Shown here: positions 17,198 through 26,048 of the stretch, one piece after another
How the letters are laid out: every line of letters starts with the position of its first letter
Position numbering within the stretch: the stretch's first letter is position 1
DNA from: Chitinophagaceae bacterium
GTDB taxonomy: Bacteria > Bacteroidota > Bacteroidia > Chitinophagales > Chitinophagaceae
Reading direction: 5' to 3'
Assembly (NCBI GenBank): GCA_043753245.1
Contig: JAYUXA010000217.1
Coordinates: 1 to 37,997, forward strand
DNA length: 37,997 bases
Translations under genes and position numbers: made by a program
The notes under the pieces: generated by a model
What the model saw: only the letters and a program-made list of their open reading frames with translations
Database searches by the model: none
Told to the model about the DNA's origin: nothing

Positions 17198-19000
17198 TTA
17201 CATTCTTTCCGGTACCTGGATTCCTAATAATCCCATGCAGGACCGGATAGTACTGGCTGTGAACAAAGCGATCCGAAGCCTGAATAGTCTTTTTTCCTCC
17301 GTTTCCGCAGTAAGAATCTTTAACTCGGTCAGCAAAAAATTGAAGGCCTGCGACAGGCGGAACACATACGCTGCCAGCACGGAAGGATTCATCTCCTCTG
17401 CGGCCTCTGAGATCATTAATGGAAATTTCTCCAGTTCGGTAATGACCTTTTTTTCAGCTGGTAAAAGCATACTGGACAATTCTATATCCGTTTCCGGCTC
17501 CAAAGTAAAAAAGGGATCCCCGGGAGAAAGCCGCCTCAGAATTGATTTTGTTCTGGCATAGGTATATTGAATGAAGGGTCCTGTAAACCCGTGGAAGTCG
17601 ATAGATTCTTCAGGATTGAACACCATCTTTCGTTTCGGATCAATCCTCAATAAAAAGAATTTAAGAGCGCCTAATCCCAGGGTGGTATATAATTCCAATA
17701 ATTCCGTTTCGTTAAAATCTTTTACTTTACCCAGTTCCAGGGTATGTTTCGCTGAAATCGTTTTCATTTCCTTTACGATCTCATCCGCATCTACCACGGT
17801 ACCCTCGCGGGTTTTCATTCTACCCGACGGCAACTCCACCATTCCATAACTCAGATGATGTATTCCGTCTGCTCCCTTTATGCCTAATTTCCGGGCAATT
17901 AATTTTAATACTTTAAAATGATAATCCTGTTCATTTCCTACTACGTACAGGCTGAGCGATGCATCAAATTCTTTTTGCTTAAGCTCCACCAGGCCGATGT
18001 CCTGGGTTATATATACTGCGGTGCCATCCTTTCGCCTTACTATTTTCTCGTCCAGTCCGTCTGCTGTCAGATCGATCCATACACTGCTGTCCTCCTTTTT
18101 ATAAAACACCCCTTTTTTCAATCCTTCTTCCACCATTTCTTTCCCCAGAAGGTATACTTCACTTTCATAATAATTTTTATCAAAATCACTTCCAATGGCC
18201 TTATAGGTTTCTTCCCACCCCTTATATACCCATCCATTCATTGTTGTCCATAAGTGAATGACATCCGGCTTTCCAGCTTCCCAATCCACCAGCATTTGCT
18301 GCGCAGCTTTCATAATCGGGGCCTGGGCAGAAGCCTGCTCTTCGTTCATACCGGCGGCAACGAGTTCGGCCACCTGCGTTTTATGCGCCTCCCCGAATTT
18401 TACATAATAATCGCCTACCAGGTGATCGCCTTTGAGGCCTGTAGATTCCGGAGTGGCACCATACGCAAAAAGCTCCCAGGCCACCATGCTTTTGCAGATG
18501 TGAATGCCCCGGTCGTTTGCAATGCTTGTCTTTTTTACCTCATATCCATTTTTCTTAAAGATCTCCGCAATGCTCCAGCCAAGAAAATTATTTCTGAGGT
18601 GTCCGAGGTGAATAGGCTTATTCGTATTGGGGGAAGAGTACTCCACCATCACCTTTTTTCCGGTCCGCGGATGCTGGCCATATTTTCCGTCTGAAAAATT
18701 ACGGTTTACAAAATTTACCCAGAACCGATCAGAAATAGTGAAGTTTAAAAATCCTTTTATGACATTATAACCGGAAATAATTTCAGAGCAGGTTATTTTT
18801 ACATTTTCTCCCAGCGCGTTCCCAATTACCTCAGGTGATTTCTTCAATTCCTTAACCAGGCCAAATAAGACAACGGTGTAATCGCCTTCAAACTCAGACT
18901 TTGTCTCACTCACCTGCACCTGCTCTGGCTTAAGGCTGAGAGAATACAGTTTGTTAATTTCTACGGAAACCGCCTGTTGCAAAAGGAAAACAATGCCCAT
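17198..19000 (-). CDS. argS: Arginine--tRNA ligase
   Basis: It has the class I HIGH motif (SSPNTNKPIHLGHLRN), an anticodon-binding C-terminus and a length of ~600 aa. The ATG at 19000 (MGIVFLLQQ...) is preferred; the ORF extends to 19036. Confidence 0.93.
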   Translation of the reverse strand: MGIVFLLQQAVSVEINKLYSLSLKPEQVQVSETKSEFEGDYTVVLFGLVKELKKSPEVIGNALGENVKITCSEIISGYNVIKGFLNFTISDRFWVNFVNRNFSDGKYGQHPRTGKKVMVEYSSPNTNKPIHLGHLRNNFLGWSIAEIFKKNGYEVKKTSIANDRGIHICKSMVAWELFAYGATPESTGLKGDHLVGDYYVKFGEAHKTQVAELVAAGMNEEQASAQAPIMKAAQQMLVDWEAGKPDVIHLWTTMNGWVYKGWEETYKAIGSDFDKNYYESEVYLLGKEMVEEGLKKGVFYKKEDSSVWIDLTADGLDEKIVRRKDGTAVYITQDIGLVELKQKEFDASLSLYVVGNEQDYHFKVLKLIARKLGIKGADGIHHLSYGMVELPSGRMKTREGTVVDADEIVKEMKTISAKHTLELGKVKDFNETELLELYTTLGLGALKFFLLRIDPKRKMVFNPEESIDFHGFTGPFIQYTYARTKSILRRLSPGDPFFTLEPETDIELSSMLLPAEKKVITELEKFPLMISEAAEEMNPSVLAAYVFRLSQAFNFLLTELKILTAETEEKRLFRLRIALFTASTIRSCMGLLGIQVPERM

Positions 19001-19042
19001 GTTGAATCTTAAGACCGCAAAAGTAACACAATGCAATTAATG

Positions 19043-19073
19043 AAAAAGCCGCCCATATTATGTGCGGCTTTTT
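19043..19073. terminator. Terminator-like hairpin with A/T tracts on both sides, in the divergent argS/gtrA intergenic region
   Basis: The perfect 10-nt arms aaaaagccgc (19043-19052) and gcggcttttt (19064-19073) flank an 11-nt loop. The hairpin is not at the 3' end of any gene. On the minus strand it lies about 43 nt upstream of the argS ATG. Confidence 0.35.
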
Positions 19074-19184
19074 ACAGGGTTGAGGGGGTAATAGAAGACA
19101 AATATGAACTAATTACATATATAATAATTGCCCTTAGTGTTTAGTTGATTGAAATCATGCGTTTGGTTGCTTATTTTTGCAGAA

Positions 19185-19676
19185 ATGTTCAGGTTACTAC
19201 TTCTTTCCATCATTGATTACTTCTATACGCCTTTCAAGAAGCTGATGCCCATACAAACGTTCCGGTATGCAGTATGCGGGGGAGGTAATACCGTGCTCGA
19301 CATTTTTCTTTATTTTATAGCCTATAATTTTATCCTGGATAAGCAGGTGATATATACTCAGCTATTAGGGCCGGTAAGTCCGCATATCGGAGCCTTTATG
19401 ATCTCCTTTGCGGTTAGTTTTCCAACAGGATACCTGCTTAACCGCTTTATTGTTTTTCCTGATTCCATTCTTAAAGGCCGGGTACAGCTGTTCCGTTATT
19501 TTCTGCTGGTAGTGGTTTGCGTATTGCTCAACTATATTTTTATCAAATTATTCGTGGAGCATTTCCATATTTATCCCACGGTTTCTAAAATACTGACTAC
19601 GGTGATTGTAGTGTCGTTTAGCTATATAACCCAGAAAAAGTTCACGTTTAAGGCCGATGGCGCCGGTCGCGTCTGA
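19185..19676 (+). CDS. GtrA-family membrane protein
   Basis: It is a small four-TM protein with a GtrA-like opening (FRYAVCGGGNTVLDIFLYF) and NRFIVF. The ATG at 19185 is preferred over the TTG at 19149. Confidence 0.75.
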   Translation: MFRLLLLSIIDYFYTPFKKLMPIQTFRYAVCGGGNTVLDIFLYFIAYNFILDKQVIYTQLLGPVSPHIGAFMISFAVSFPTGYLLNRFIVFPDSILKGRVQLFRYFLLVVVCVLLNYIFIKLFVEHFHIYPTVSKILTTVIVVSFSYITQKKFTFKADGAGRV

Positions 19677-19745
19677 CAATTTTGCACTTTATACGGCACG
19701 GCATAATCATTGTTAATCAACAGTGAACATTAAATTCTTTTTTAC

Positions 19746-21662
19746 ATGGCAAAAATAATAGGAATAGACCTGGGAACCACCAACAGTTGTGTATCCGTAA
19801 TGGAAGGCAACGAACCCGTTGTGATCGCTAATGACGAGGGACGCCGCACAACCCCGTCTGTTGTGGCTTTTCTTAAAAACGGCGAACGCAAAGTGGGAGA
19901 TCCTGCTAAAAGACAAGCCATTACCAACCCGCAGAATACCATTTCTTCCGTTAAGCGGTTTATGGGTCGTCGGTTTGACGAGGTAACAGAAGAAATCAGC
20001 CATTGGAGCTATAAAGTGGTAAAAGGTGACAATAATACCGTACGTATTGACATAGATGGCCGTCCTTACACTCCGCAGGAAATATCTGCTATGGTTCTTC
20101 AGAAAATGAAGAAAACAGCGGAAGATTATCTGGGCCAGGAAGTAACGGAAGCGGTGATCACCGTTCCTGCTTATTTTAACGATGCACAGCGTCAGGCAAC
20201 GAAAGAGGCGGGTGAAATTGCCGGTCTTACCGTTCGCAGAATTGTAAATGAACCCACTGCGGCAGCGTTGGCCTATGGGTTGGACAAGAAGTCCCAGGAT
20301 ATGAAGATCGCCGTGTTTGACCTTGGAGGCGGCACATTTGATGTATCTATCCTGGAACTTGGAGAAGGGGTATTTGAAGTAAAGAGTACTAACGGTGATA
20401 CGCACCTTGGCGGGGATGATTTTGACAAAGTGGTAATGGATTGGCTGGCGAATGAATTTAAAGCCGAAGAAAATGTTGACCTCCGTAAAGATCCAATGGC
20501 GCTTCAGCGTTTGAAAGAAGCATCAGAAAAAGCTAAGGTAGAATTGTCTTCTTCCAGTGAAACCGAAATCAATCTTCCTTATATCACTGCGGTGGATGGT
20601 GTTCCTAAACACCTGGTGAAAAAACTGACCCGTGCAAAATTTGAACAGCTTGCCGATTCTTTATTTGCACGATGTCTTAAGCCTTGTGAACAGGCATTGA
20701 AAGATGCAGGTATGAACACCTCCGAGATCAATGAAGTTATACTGGTGGGCGGAAGTACACGTATCCCAAAAGTCCAGGAGATCGTGGAAAAATTCTTTGG
20801 ACGCAAGCCAAGTAAGGGCGTCAATCCGGATGAAGTGGTGGCAATCGGTGCCGGTATTCAGGGAGCTGTATTAACAGGAGAAGTAAAAGATGTATTGCTG
20901 CTGGATGTCACTCCTTTGTCGCTCGGTATTGAAACAATGGGTGGTGTGATGACGCGTTTGATCGATTCAAATACTACTATTCCCACAAAAAAATCGGAAG
21001 TGTTTTCAACCGCAAGCGACAACCAGCCGGGTGTACAGATTCATGTGCTTCAGGGAGAACGTCCGATGTCCACTCAAAATAAAAGTCTGGGCATGTTCAA
21101 TCTGGACGGTATACCTCCCGCACCACGTGGAGTTCCTCAGGTGGAAGTGATCTTTGACATTGATGCAAATGGTATTCTCCATGTTACTGCCAAAGACAAA
21201 GGCACTGGAAAAGAACAAAAGATCCGAATTGAAGCGGGTAGTGGTCTGACCAAAGAAGACATTGAAAAAATGAAAGCGGAGGCAAAGGCTAACGAATCAA
21301 CGGATAAAGAGGCTAAAGAAAAAGTAGAAAAGATCAATCAGGCTGACAGTTTGATTTTTCAGACAGAGAAACAACTAAAAGAATTTGGCGAAAAAATATC
21401 CGCGGACAAAAAGGCTCCTATTGAAGCGGCACTTTCAAAATTGAAAGAAGCCCACAAATCGCAGGACCTGGCAGCCATTGACAGTTCTACCGCAGAAATG
21501 AATACTGCATGGACTGCTGCTTCCGAAGAAATTTATAAGGCTCAGGCATCAGCAGGCGCCCAACCGGGTGCTGAATCTTTTGCCGGTGCAGACCAGCCCC
21601 AGCAGGGTGCAGGTAATCCCGGAGAAAATGTTACGGATGCAGAATTTGAAGAAGTCAAATAA
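19746..21662 (+). CDS. dnaK: Molecular chaperone DnaK (Hsp70)
   Basis: [23 protein letters not shown] and [14 protein letters not shown] are present. The length is 638 aa and the protein ends EFEEVK. Confidence 0.98.
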   Translation: MAKIIGIDLGTTNSCVSVMEGNEPVVIANDEGRRTTPSVVAFLKNGERKVGDPAKRQAITNPQNTISSVKRFMGRRFDEVTEEISHWSYKVVKGDNNTVRIDIDGRPYTPQEISAMVLQKMKKTAEDYLGQEVTEAVITVPAYFNDAQRQATKEAGEIAGLTVRRIVNEPTAAALAYGLDKKSQDMKIAVFDLGGGTFDVSILELGEGVFEVKSTNGDTHLGGDDFDKVVMDWLANEFKAEENVDLRKDPMALQRLKEASEKAKVELSSSSETEINLPYITAVDGVPKHLVKKLTRAKFEQLADSLFARCLKPCEQALKDAGMNTSEINEVILVGGSTRIPKVQEIVEKFFGRKPSKGVNPDEVVAIGAGIQGAVLTGEVKDVLLLDVTPLSLGIETMGGVMTRLIDSNTTIPTKKSEVFSTASDNQPGVQIHVLQGERPMSTQNKSLGMFNLDGIPPAPRGVPQVEVIFDIDANGILHVTAKDKGTGKEQKIRIEAGSGLTKEDIEKMKAEAKANESTDKEAKEKVEKINQADSLIFQTEKQLKEFGEKISADKKAPIEAALSKLKEAHKSQDLAAIDSSTAEMNTAWTAASEEIYKAQASAGAQPGAESFAGADQPQQGAGNPGENVTDAEFEEVK

Positions 21663-21673
21663 AGGATTTGTTT

Positions 21674-21704
21674 AAAAAAGCCCGCCTTTCCGGCGGGTTT
21701 TTTT
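21674..21704. terminator. Rho-independent, potentially bidirectional terminator between dnaK and lysC
   Basis: The sequence aaaaaag-cccgcc-tttcc-ggcggg-ttttttt gives a GC stem (21681-21686 pairing with 21692-21697). An A-tract precedes it and a T-tract follows. It starts 12 nt after the dnaK stop. Confidence 0.8.
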
Positions 21705-21785
21705 ATGGGTATTTTATGGTAATCGGTCAAACCGAAAAATGGGGTTATTTTTTTAGATCCGCTTTACTACTTCCGGTGCTTTTCA

Positions 21786-23051
21786 TTAATCTCCTAATAC
21801 TATTTGAACGGTTTCAGGCGATTGTTGTTTTAACCGGATTATTTTTCCTCTGGTAAACTGTTTCAGTAGCGCTTCGGTATAGTGCCTGATGGTGATCAGC
21901 ATCAGATTTTTTTCTACCTGCACATCAAAAAGCCGGGCCGCCTCCAGTGCCAGTTTTTCTATCTTATCTGCATTGTTATCTATACAAATATCGATGTGCA
22001 CCGCACCGGTTTGAAGCAGGTTGGCCTGTACATGAACCGTTGCCAGCAGCTCATATAATTCTGCCACCGGTTTACCACTGGCAAATGAAAAATCCCTGGT
22101 GTGAAGATGCAAAAGCGCCTGATGCTGTTTAATTACTATAATAGGAGGGAGTGCATCCAGATGCTGGTCCCTGATCACGGTTCCCGGCAGATCCTTATTC
22201 AGAAAACATTTTACATAAAGCGGAATATTTTTATTTTGTAAAGGCTTTATTGTTTTAGGATGTATTACCTGCGCACCGTAATAGGCCATCTCAATAACTT
22301 CCTCATAATTTAAGTGGGGGATGATGGTGGCATCGGGAAATAATTTAGGATCGGCATTCATAACACCTTCCACATCTTTCCATATCGTCAGACTGTCTGC
22401 ATCCAGTATATTTGCAAATACAGCGGCGGAGTAATCGCTCCCTTCCCGGCCAAGGGTTGAACTTTCATTGTCCTCTGTGGAACCGATAAATCCTTGCGTT
22501 ACAACCACCGGATACTGCTCCAGTAATGGATGCACAATACTATTTATTTTATTGCTTGTGGCTTCCCAGCTGATCACTGCATCCCTGAAGGTATCGTCTG
22601 TTTTAAAAAGATCGCGGACATCGATCCACGTATTATAAATGCCTGCTTCTTTAAAAGAGGCACTCAGGATAATAGTAGAAAGCAATTCCCCTGCACAAAC
22701 GATCTGGTCGTAATAATAATCGTAGCCTCTCACGGGGTTATCATGTAAGAGCCATTCCACTTCTGTAAATACATCAAGCAGCCTTGTAGTGGTTTGTGGA
22801 TCCTCTGTACTAAGCAATTCTTTTGCAGTCTGCAGATGCTGCAACTTTATCGCCTCAAAAAGAGCCAGGGCTTCTTCTTTGTTTCCTTTAAAAAAGGATT
22901 CCGCTACTTTTTCAAGTGCATTGGTCGTTTTGCCTATGGCGGAAATCACCACAACAATTTTTTGACCTGAACAGGTTTTTAAAATTTCCTTCACCTTACC
23001 GATTCTTTCTATGGAACTGATGCTCGCCCCACCAAATTTGAAAACGTTCAT
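21786..23051 (-). CDS. lysC: Aspartate kinase
   Basis: The N-terminal VFKFGGASI, GREGSDYSAA and two C-terminal ACT-like segments are present. Length is 421 aa. Confidence 0.9.
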   Translation of the reverse strand: MNVFKFGGASISSIERIGKVKEILKTCSGQKIVVVISAIGKTTNALEKVAESFFKGNKEEALALFEAIKLQHLQTAKELLSTEDPQTTTRLLDVFTEVEWLLHDNPVRGYDYYYDQIVCAGELLSTIILSASFKEAGIYNTWIDVRDLFKTDDTFRDAVISWEATSNKINSIVHPLLEQYPVVVTQGFIGSTEDNESSTLGREGSDYSAAVFANILDADSLTIWKDVEGVMNADPKLFPDATIIPHLNYEEVIEMAYYGAQVIHPKTIKPLQNKNIPLYVKCFLNKDLPGTVIRDQHLDALPPIIVIKQHQALLHLHTRDFSFASGKPVAELYELLATVHVQANLLQTGAVHIDICIDNNADKIEKLALEAARLFDVQVEKNLMLITIRHYTEALLKQFTRGKIIRLKQQSPETVQIVLGD

Positions 23052-23088
23052 TCACCTTTCTGTTAACCGATAAAATTAATTAAACACT

Positions 23089-23096
23089 TACATTTG
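23089..23096 (+). promoter_or_regulatory. Candidate Bacteroidota sigma-A -7 box (TAnnTTTG) for fbp
   Basis: TACATTTG matches the TAnnTTTG consensus exactly. It sits 35 nt upstream of the fbp ATG in the lysC/fbp divergent gap. Confidence 0.4.
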
Positions 23097-23130
23097 TCGC
23101 AATTTATTATCTCAAATCGTTTGCTTGCCC

Positions 23131-24147
23131 ATGAGTACTATTAACCGCCAGGTTTTAACCCTCGATGAATTTACAATACAGCAGCTAAGGAATTTCCCTA
23201 TGGCTACCGGAGAGCTCAGTGGTCTTTTGAGAGATATGGGGCTTGCTGCCAAGCGCGTAAATGTAGAAGTGAATAAAGCCGGCCTGGTAGACATCCTTGG
23301 AGATGCAGGAGCCGTTAATGTGCAGGGGGAAGATGTAAAAAAGTTGGATATTTTTGCCAATAACCAATTTATGGGAGTGCTCCGGCACGGGATCAGTTGC
23401 GCCGGAATTGCCAGCGAAGAGCTGGATACGTTTATTGCCTTTGACGATGAAGTAAGCAGAAACTCAAAATATGTTTGTCTCTTTGATCCGCTGGATGGCA
23501 GCGGTAATATTGATGTAAATGTTTCAATAGGTACTATTTTTAGTGTGTACAAACGTCTTTCGCCTATAGGCACGATCGCCACCGAAGCCGATTTTATTCA
23601 GCCCGGTGTAAAACAGGTAGCGGCGGGCTATATCGTATATGGATCCTCCACTATGCTGGTATATGGTACCCGCAGAGGCGTAAATGGATTTACGCTGGAT
23701 CCATCCATTGGCGAATTTTGTCTTAGTCATCCGGATATACTTTGTCCTGAATTTGGAAGGATCTATTCCGTAAACCACGGCCACTATTTCCAATACGCAG
23801 AAGGAGTCAGGAATTATATTGATCTCTGCCAGAAAAAAAATGCTTCGAACGGAGGTCCTTACACGCAGCGGTATATAGGAAGTATGGTAGCCGATGTGCA
23901 CCGCAATCTGATCAAAGGAGGTATATTTATGTATCCCGGAACAACTGATAAACCCAGGGGGAAACTCAGACTGCTTTACGAATGCAATCCGTTTGCATTT
24001 ATAGTGGAGGTGGCAGGAGGGAAAGCCACAAATGGCAAACAACGTATACTGGATGTGATTCCTACCGAACTGCACCAGCGGTCCGCCTTGTTTATAGGAA
24101 GCAGGGGCATGATGCTGGAACTGGAGGCACAAAACGGAACACTATAG
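23131..24147 (+). CDS. fbp: Fructose-1,6-bisphosphatase, class 1
   Basis: DPLDGSGNIDVNVSIGTIFS, YIGSMVADVHR and GGIFMYPG are present. The ATG at 23131 is preferred over the TTG at 23125. Confidence 0.93.
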   Translation: MSTINRQVLTLDEFTIQQLRNFPMATGELSGLLRDMGLAAKRVNVEVNKAGLVDILGDAGAVNVQGEDVKKLDIFANNQFMGVLRHGISCAGIASEELDTFIAFDDEVSRNSKYVCLFDPLDGSGNIDVNVSIGTIFSVYKRLSPIGTIATEADFIQPGVKQVAAGYIVYGSSTMLVYGTRRGVNGFTLDPSIGEFCLSHPDILCPEFGRIYSVNHGHYFQYAEGVRNYIDLCQKKNASNGGPYTQRYIGSMVADVHRNLIKGGIFMYPGTTDKPRGKLRLLYECNPFAFIVEVAGGKATNGKQRILDVIPTELHQRSALFIGSRGMMLELEAQNGTL

Positions 24148-24161
24148 CATAAAAGAGTACC

Positions 24162-24920
24162 ATGAAAACTATTATTTCGATAAAAAACCTGGTTAAGAAC
24201 TACGGAAATTTTGAGGCGATTAAAGGAATAAGTTTCGAGGTGTATGAAGGGGAGATATTTGGATTACTTGGTCAGAATGGTGCAGGCAAGTCAACCACCC
24301 TGGAGATCATAGAAACACTTCGGAAAAAAACCTCTGGTGAAGTGATCGTCAGGGGGTTTGATGTGGATACGCATCCGAATAAAATAAAAAGCATTATAGG
24401 AGTACAGCTTCAAACCTCCGGTTTTTATCCCAATCTCAAATTGATAGAACTGATCGATTTATTTTCCGGATTGTACAACCGGAAGGTAGACCCCATGCAT
24501 TTTCTTAAACTGGTCAATCTTGAAGACAAATACAAGAGCAAGTTTAAAGAACTCAGCGGAGGGCAGAAACAACGGTTTTCCATTGCTACCACGCTGATAA
24601 ATGAACCCACTATTATCTTTTTAGATGAACCTACTACAGGGCTCGATCCGCAGGCACGCCGCAATCTCTGGCAATTGGTTAAAGATATCCGGGATAAAGG
24701 GACTACAGTGATCCTGACCACACATTATATGGATGAGGCCGAGGTGTTGTGCGACAGGGTGGCAATAATGGATGCAGGAAAAATTATTTCAATGGACGCC
24801 CCTGATAAACTTATTGATAAACTGGTGGAGACCGGATTTGAAAGACCGAAACAAGTTAAAAAAGCCAACCTGGAAGATGTATTTATAAATCTGACCGGGC
24901 ATCAGCTAAGTCAGGAATAA
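24162..24920 (+). CDS. ABC transporter ATP-binding protein (ABC-2/DrrA-like), no adjacent permease
   Basis: It has Walker A (GQNGAGKST), the signature motif (LSGGQKQR), Walker B (IIFLDEPTTGLD) and an H-loop (LTTHYMDE). Confidence 0.88.
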   Translation: MKTIISIKNLVKNYGNFEAIKGISFEVYEGEIFGLLGQNGAGKSTTLEIIETLRKKTSGEVIVRGFDVDTHPNKIKSIIGVQLQTSGFYPNLKLIELIDLFSGLYNRKVDPMHFLKLVNLEDKYKSKFKELSGGQKQRFSIATTLINEPTIIFLDEPTTGLDPQARRNLWQLVKDIRDKGTTVILTTHYMDEAEVLCDRVAIMDAGKIISMDAPDKLIDKLVETGFERPKQVKKANLEDVFINLTGHQLSQE

Positions 24921-24928
24921 TTTTAATT

Positions 24929-25477
24929 ATGAGTATAAGGTCTGTTGAAGATCAGAGATATCCAATTGGTAAATACGAGCCACGGCCATTTTCGGAAAAA
25001 CAGTTGCAAGCCTGGCTGACCGATATAAAACTGCTTCCGGGACTTTTGGAAAATGCAGTTGCCAATCTGGATGAATACCAGTATGAAACCCCTTACCGCG
25101 AAGGTGGCTGGAACATTAAACAATTGGTTCACCATGTGGCGGATAGTCACATGAATGCGTATATTAGATTTAAACTGGCACTTACCGAACAGGCCCCTAC
25201 TATTAAAACCTACCATGAAGAGCTGTGGGCAGAATTAAACGATTCTAAAAACCTCCCTGCAAATATTTCCATTACTTTATTATATGCCCTACATGCACGG
25301 TGGTACGAGACTGTAAAAAACATAGACCCGGAGGACTGGAACAGGTTGTTGATTCATCCTGCTTTTAATAAAGAAATCACGTTATGGCACCTGTTGGGAA
25401 TGTATTCCTGGCATGGCCTTCATCATACCGCACATATTGCCTCAGCACGGAAAAACTACGGTTGGAATGAATACTAA
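24929..25477 (+). CDS. YfiT/DinB-family metal-dependent hydrolase (bacillithiol-transferase-like)
   Basis: It opens YPIGKYE, as YfiT does. The His triad contexts LVHHVADSH and WHGLHHTAHI are present. Length is 182 aa. Confidence 0.78.
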   Translation: MSIRSVEDQRYPIGKYEPRPFSEKQLQAWLTDIKLLPGLLENAVANLDEYQYETPYREGGWNIKQLVHHVADSHMNAYIRFKLALTEQAPTIKTYHEELWAELNDSKNLPANISITLLYALHARWYETVKNIDPEDWNRLLIHPAFNKEITLWHLLGMYSWHGLHHTAHIASARKNYGWNEY

Positions 25478-26048
25478 AAAAGCGATGGACTGGAAACTTA
25501 TTTCCTCTGAATATCTGCATAAAGAAACCTGGTTTACCGTGAGGAAAGATGTTTGTGAAACACCCGAAGGAAAAATTATCGACCCTTTTTATGTGTATGA
25601 ATTTCCAACCTGGGTTTCTGCTTTTGCCCTGACAGAAGACCAGAAAGTAATTATGGTGTGGCAATACCGGCATGGCATCCGGGAAACGATCATAGAAGTG
25701 CCGGGAGGATGTGTGGATGATACGGATCTAAATAATGAAGCTGCCGTAGCCCGGGAGTTGCTGGAAGAAACGGGTTATCAGTTTAGTCAGTACGATTACC
25801 TGGGAAAAATATCCTCTAATCCTTCTACCAATAACAATTGGATGCACATGTATCTTGCCACGGGCGGAGTAAAAATCAGTGAGCAGCAGCTGGACCATAA
25901 TGAAGATATCGAAGTGGTGTTAATGGATCTGGAGGAGATCAATAAACTCATAACGGACAACAGGATATTTCAGTCCCTGCATCTGTGCACCATTATGTAT
26001 GGAAAAGAGAAACTTCGCCAACTACAAATACACTCCCGCAAACAATGA
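25467..26048 (+). CDS. NUDIX hydrolase
   Basis: The Nudix box GGCVDDTDLNNEAAVARELLEETG is present (G-x5-E-x7-REUxEExGU pattern). The ATG at 25467 overlaps the YfiT stop by 11 nt. The ORF-track start at 25413 would overlap it by 65 nt. Confidence 0.8.
   Translation: MNTKKAMDWKLISSEYLHKETWFTVRKDVCETPEGKIIDPFYVYEFPTWVSAFALTEDQKVIMVWQYRHGIRETIIEVPGGCVDDTDLNNEAAVARELLEETGYQFSQYDYLGKISSNPSTNNNWMHMYLATGGVKISEQQLDHNEDIEVVLMDLEEINKLITDNRIFQSLHLCTIMYGKEKLRQLQIHSRKQ

Noticed and set aside
19040-19144. A 34-codon plus-strand small ORF (MKKPPILCAAFYRVEGVIEDKYELITYIIIALSV) upstream of the gtrA-like gene. I read this ORF by eye.
   Set aside because: Its 5' end is simply the hairpin sequence. I found no ribosome-binding or promoter evidence and no conservation data. 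I kept the hairpin as the observation instead.
19677-19745. A search for a CIRCE-type heat-shock operator or a perfect TAnnTTTG box upstream of dnaK.
   Set aside because: No CIRCE-like inverted repeat is present. Only a near-match (ACAATTTTG) exists, so no regulatory feature was called.
19713-20405. A 230-aa ORF antisense to the 5' part of dnaK, plus the nested 66-aa ORF at 19742-19942.
   Set aside because: It lies entirely opposite an unmistakable dnaK frame. Its translation is Cys/Arg/Phe-rich with no motif. Long stop-free antisense frames are a known codon-bias artefact of hsp70 genes.
23112-24132. Two long minus-strand ORFs (156 aa and 202 aa) opposite fbp.
   Set aside because: The fbp frame carries all class 1 FBPase motifs. 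The antisense translations are low-complexity (Ser/Leu/Pro-rich or Cys/His-rich) and lack motifs.
24162-24920. The idea that the orphan ABC ATPase is the missing CcmA for the CcmE/CcmF pair.
   Set aside because: It lies 6 kb away, separated by unrelated genes. At 252 aa, versus roughly 200 aa for CcmA, nothing in the sequence points specifically to CcmA. This is pure speculation.
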